Part shown: positions 60,390 to 64,000 of the stretch, one piece after another
How positions within the stretch are numbered: position 1 is the first letter of the stretch
How the letters are laid out: each line of letters begins with the position of its first letter
Assembly (NCBI GenBank): GCA_037305845.1
Contig: CP147778.1
Span: 2,400,001-2,464,000, forward strand
Origin: Candidatus Freyarchaeum deiterrae
Lineage (GTDB): Archaea > Asgardarchaeota > Jordiarchaeia > Jordiarchaeales > Jordiarchaeaceae
Direction: 5' to 3'
Length of the DNA stretch: 64,000 nucleotides
Notes under the pieces: generated by a model
Database searches by the model: none
Told to the model about the DNA's origin: nothing
Seen by the model: the letters and a program-made list of their open reading frames with translations, nothing else
Program-made: the position numbers and the translations under genes

Positions 60390-62783
60390 ATGATGATACC
60401 ATACGCACCCTGGCTTGTTTGGATAGTTCCCATGTTAGGAGCAGTCCTAACACCCGTTTTTGGCAAAATTAACCCAAAATTCAGAGATGTTTGCGCTATA
60501 CTATTCGCGGCAGCAGCAGCAATAATAGCTGTATCCATGATTCCAGACATATGGAACGGATACGTTGTTCTAGCGCAACCACAGTTTCTACTCGGATATA
60601 GTGCAATTCCCTCATTGCCATGGGATGGCACAGTAGCATTGACCCCACAGTGGAACATGGTCATAAAGTGGGTGTCTCTTACGCCCTACGACTGGACGCA
60701 AATGTGGATACCGAACATTCCCTTAAATCCACCAGCACAAATCGGAATTTTTCTGCCACAAGGACTATACGCGGGAGTACTTGTTGACCCCCTAAGCGTG
60801 TTCATGGCAAACATAACGGCATGCATAGGATTCCTAATAATGGTCTTCTCCTGGGGCTATATGCACGGAGATCATGACCTAACACGTTACTGGTTCTTCA
60901 TGAACTTCTTCATCGGCGGCATGATTTTACTTGTATTATCCGACAACCTAATCCAAATGTTCATAGGCTGGGAGATAGTCGGTCTCTGCAGCTGGGGCCT
61001 AATCGGCTTCTGGCACAAATCCAAAGAAAAGAGCCCAGTCCCAGACTATATCACAGAAGGAGAATACAACGCCTACAGCGGTATGAAAGCATTCATGACC
61101 ACAAAAATAGGAGACATAGCCCTACTAACAGCAATTGTCATAATATTCTTCGTATCAGGAACATTCAACTTCGTCCAGCTACAGCAAAACGCGGCCCTGT
61201 CCATACTTAACCCGCTTACTTCCTCAACAAATGTTGGATACGGTTGGATTACCGACCTAGCCACAAGAGGACTATTGCCTGTAGTCGCGATACTATTCTT
61301 CGGCGGTCCAGTAGCAAAGTCTGCACAGTTCCCACTAGATACATGGTTACCAGAAGCCATGGCTGGTCCTACAACAGTCTCAGCGCTCATACATGCTGCT
61401 ACCATGGTTAAGGCAGGTGTATACCTAGTAGCCCGAATGCTACCCATATTCTTCGGCGCAACAGAAGTACTAAAAACACTAGTAGAGGATCCATCTCTGT
61501 TCCAATTGTACGGTGCCAACCTTTCACCTGTAAATTGGTTATATTTGTACGTAAAAGTTCAAGGCGGAGTGTGGGTCTTCTTCGTAACAGTTGCCATTAT
61601 AGGTGCCTTCACGGCTCTTCTAACGGCAACCATGGGCGTAGTGACCAGAGAAATAAAAAGAGTTCTAGCCTACTCCACCATGAGCCAGATCGGATACATG
61701 ATGCTAGCTCTGGGAATCGCTGGAATCTCCAGCGTCTCAGCAATAGGATTCCTCGCGGGCACATTCCAACTAATGGCTCACGCCATCTTCAAAGCACTAT
61801 TATTCCTTGGCGCGGGAGCAGTGCTCCACGTGGTTATAACCAAGGACATGTTTGAGATGGGTGGACTCAGGAAAAAGATGCCTATCACATGGGCATGTAT
61901 GCTCGTGGGAGGCCTCGCACTAGCGGGATTCCCTGGGCTCACGGGATGGTTCGGAAAAGAGGCAATACTAGGTTCAGCCTTGGACGCAAACCAACTGATT
62001 TTCTACGCAATAGCCGCCATAGTGGTCGCAATTACCACGTTCTACACGTTCCGCATGATAGGACTAACGTTCCACGGGCCAGAAAGCAAAAACGTCAAGA
62101 ACCTTGAGAAAGAAGGACACCTCCACGAAGCTCCAAAAGTAATGTACATACCCTTATTAATTCTAGCGGGTGCAACAATCCTATTCGGATTGTTTGAACC
62201 AGGATTCAGACAGTACTTCCTAGGACCATTCTACACATACCTACCAAACCTACCACAATATGTCCAAACATATCTTCTCGGAGGGCTGGTTTTCAGCGAG
62301 GCCCCCTTAGGTACTCCCCAAAACCTTGTTCCATTCTACACGCTTTATCAATATATTCAGTTGACTACTTACCCCGGATGGCTTGCAGAACTAGCGAGCT
62401 CTTGGCCATCGATTCTGTTGTCCTTTGGACTCTTCGTAGTCGGCTTCATACCCGCATGGTACTATTACATATCCCGAAGGGGTGTTGCTGAGAACGTAAC
62501 CAGCAGTCGTGTCGGCGGAGCCATCTGGAAATTCCTTTACAACAGATGGTACATCAATAGGCTTTACCAAATAGTCTTCGTTGACGGATTCCTTTCGGGA
62601 GCAACCTGGCTCTACAATAATCTAGAAGTCAAAGTAATGGACGGATTCAACTACGCCAGCGCGAAGCTGACCATGGTTACCAGTGAAAAATTCCGAAAAA
62701 CACAGTCCGGAGTGGCTTTTATCAACATACTAATGATCGTAGCAGGAGTGACGTTACTACTTGTGATATTTCTACTATGGTAG
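60390..62783 (+). CDS. nuoL: NuoL/MrpA-like antiporter subunit
   Basis: FIGWEIVG, KSAQFPLDTWLPEAMAGPTTVSALIHAATMV, LAYSTMSQ, HAIFKALLF. Confidence 0.92.
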   Translation: MMIPYAPWLVWIVPMLGAVLTPVFGKINPKFRDVCAILFAAAAAIIAVSMIPDIWNGYVVLAQPQFLLGYSAIPSLPWDGTVALTPQWNMVIKWVSLTPYDWTQMWIPNIPLNPPAQIGIFLPQGLYAGVLVDPLSVFMANITACIGFLIMVFSWGYMHGDHDLTRYWFFMNFFIGGMILLVLSDNLIQMFIGWEIVGLCSWGLIGFWHKSKEKSPVPDYITEGEYNAYSGMKAFMTTKIGDIALLTAIVIIFFVSGTFNFVQLQQNAALSILNPLTSSTNVGYGWITDLATRGLLPVVAILFFGGPVAKSAQFPLDTWLPEAMAGPTTVSALIHAATMVKAGVYLVARMLPIFFGATEVLKTLVEDPSLFQLYGANLSPVNWLYLYVKVQGGVWVFFVTVAIIGAFTALLTATMGVVTREIKRVLAYSTMSQIGYMMLALGIAGISSVSAIGFLAGTFQLMAHAIFKALLFLGAGAVLHVVITKDMFEMGGLRKKMPITWACMLVGGLALAGFPGLTGWFGKEAILGSALDANQLIFYAIAAIVVAITTFYTFRMIGLTFHGPESKNVKNLEKEGHLHEAPKVMYIPLLILAGATILFGLFEPGFRQYFLGPFYTYLPNLPQYVQTYLLGGLVFSEAPLGTPQNLVPFYTLYQYIQLTTYPGWLAELASSWPSILLSFGLFVVGFIPAWYYYISRRGVAENVTSSRVGGAIWKFLYNRWYINRLYQIVFVDGFLSGATWLYNNLEVKVMDGFNYASAKLTMVTSEKFRKTQSGVAFINILMIVAGVTLLLVIFLLW

Positions 62784-62795
62784 GAGGATGAAAAA

Positions 62796-64000
62796 ATGAT
62801 AAACAACCTATTTGCAAGCTATGAACTTTTTACATCCTTAGCAGTCTTACTGATAATGGGGCCAATAGTTTACCTAATCGGAAAGAAATCCAGTAGAGTT
62901 GCGAGATGGTTAGCATTCCTAACCGCAGCTATTACAGCGGTACTTATGATACACGTGGGAATTATCCTACTTGACCCATACGCTGTATCAGTAACACTAA
63001 CATTAAACCCAACCACATGGACATACAGTTTCATATATGCAACACAAATGTTCCCATACGCGTTACAATTAAACGTACAACTTTATCCGTTCACAACCTC
63101 CCTAAACACAATTCCATGGGTATGGAATTCCTTCGATAGAGCGGTTTCAAATCCCCTGTACATATTGTACAATGTAATTCCAAACGGCCCTTACATGTTG
63201 GCGCTCCCCATTTCACAGTTAAGTAATCCTCTAGGAAACCTCACGCTTAACGCGGGACTAATCGCAGACGGACTGAGTTATCCCATAGCTATGCTCATAG
63301 CGGGGCTTGGTGCCGCAGTTATGTTCTACTGCGCCTTCTACATGAAGGATGTGGAGAGTCCTGGAAGCTTCTTAGGAAACATGCTACTATTTATCGGCGG
63401 CATGCTTGGAGTACTACTGGCAACAAACGTGATAGAGTTCTTCCTCTTCTGGGAAGTGATGCTCATCCCATCATACATACTGATTAACCAGTTCGGATTA
63501 ACCGAAAGAAAAAACATCACTGCCCTCAAATACTTCCTGTGGACTACTTTTGGCTCTATGATCATGTTCGTAGGCATATTCATGATGGGTGTAATGCTAA
63601 ACTCATTCGACTTCAGACAAATGTCCCTAAATCTAACAAGTGCCCAGTTAGCCTACACTAACTACTTAAATCTCTACCTACCCTTCGGACAACTCTACAA
63701 CCAGTGGCTCACCTTATATCTCGTAGGATTAATCCTCGTCGTTCCAGCAGTTCTAATCTTCATTGGCTTCGCTGTAAAAATGGCGATATTTCCTCTGCAC
63801 ACATGGTTACCTGATACCTACATGGAAGCTCCAATGCCCGTTGTTCTTCTGCTGAGTGCAGCTATGACCAAAACCGCGGCCTATGGTATCGCAAGATTCC
63901 TAGTGGTTTTCATGGGGCCTTCTGTTCAAATGCTTTCAACAAGCCTAGCAATAGTTGCCCTAGTCACCGCTGCTTACGGCGGAGTTATGGCGCTAGCACA
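62796..64000 (+). CDS. nuoM: NuoM/MrpD-like antiporter subunit (runs off the window end; absent from the ORF track)
   Basis: Manual translation from ATG 62796: DGLSYP, FFLFWEVMLIP, VKMAIFPLHTWLPD..MEAP, KTAAYG. Confidence 0.88.
   Translation, partial: MINNLFASYELFTSLAVLLIMGPIVYLIGKKSSRVARWLAFLTAAITAVLMIHVGIILLDPYAVSVTLTLNPTTWTYSFIYATQMFPYALQLNVQLYPFTTSLNTIPWVWNSFDRAVSNPLYILYNVIPNGPYMLALPISQLSNPLGNLTLNAGLIADGLSYPIAMLIAGLGAAVMFYCAFYMKDVESPGSFLGNMLLFIGGMLGVLLATNVIEFFLFWEVMLIPSYILINQFGLTERKNITALKYFLWTTFGSMIMFVGIFMMGVMLNSFDFRQMSLNLTSAQLAYTNYLNLYLPFGQLYNQWLTLYLVGLILVVPAVLIFIGFAVKMAIFPLHTWLPDTYMEAPMPVVLLLSAAMTKTAAYGIARFLVVFMGPSVQMLSTSLAIVALVTAAYGGVMALA

Noticed and set aside
1-64000. tRNA or rRNA genes
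   Set aside because: No cloverleaf with a T-loop consensus and no rRNA-like GC-rich block seen

Overview
AT-rich archaeal chromosomal window, most likely from an Asgard archaeon. This is an inference from Alba, archaeal GluRS, longin/uDENN-like proteins and a eukaryote-type SECIS. Ordinary content: an HdrA-MvhD fusion, gltX, a threonine operon, an M42 peptidase, an ABC-2 exporter, 4-hydroxybutyryl-CoA dehydratase, a TnpB-only IS1341-like element, and a group-4 [NiFe] hydrogenase/complex-I-like cluster split by a gcvH-lplA-selD insert. The main discovery is two apparently broken protein genes that are each interrupted by a tiny tRNA-type bulge-helix-bulge (BHB) intron: 30 nt in selD (58220-58249, +) and 31 nt in a conserved gene upstream of an SPFH gene (34689-34719, -). 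In both, cutting at the standard splicing-endonuclease positions removes a premature stop and restores the expected protein motif exactly. selD also appears to start at CTG, has an in-frame Sec UGA and carries a 3'-UTR SECIS. Other notable items: a catalytically dead Site-1-protease-like subtilase/GIFT protein head-to-head with an ABC ATPase carrying TrmB-like sugar-binding subdomains, a hypervariable HEAT-like tandem-repeat protein, a Cdc48-N/vWA fusion, and a small island with a WH2-like peptide. All family assignments come from motif recognition by eye; no database searches were run.
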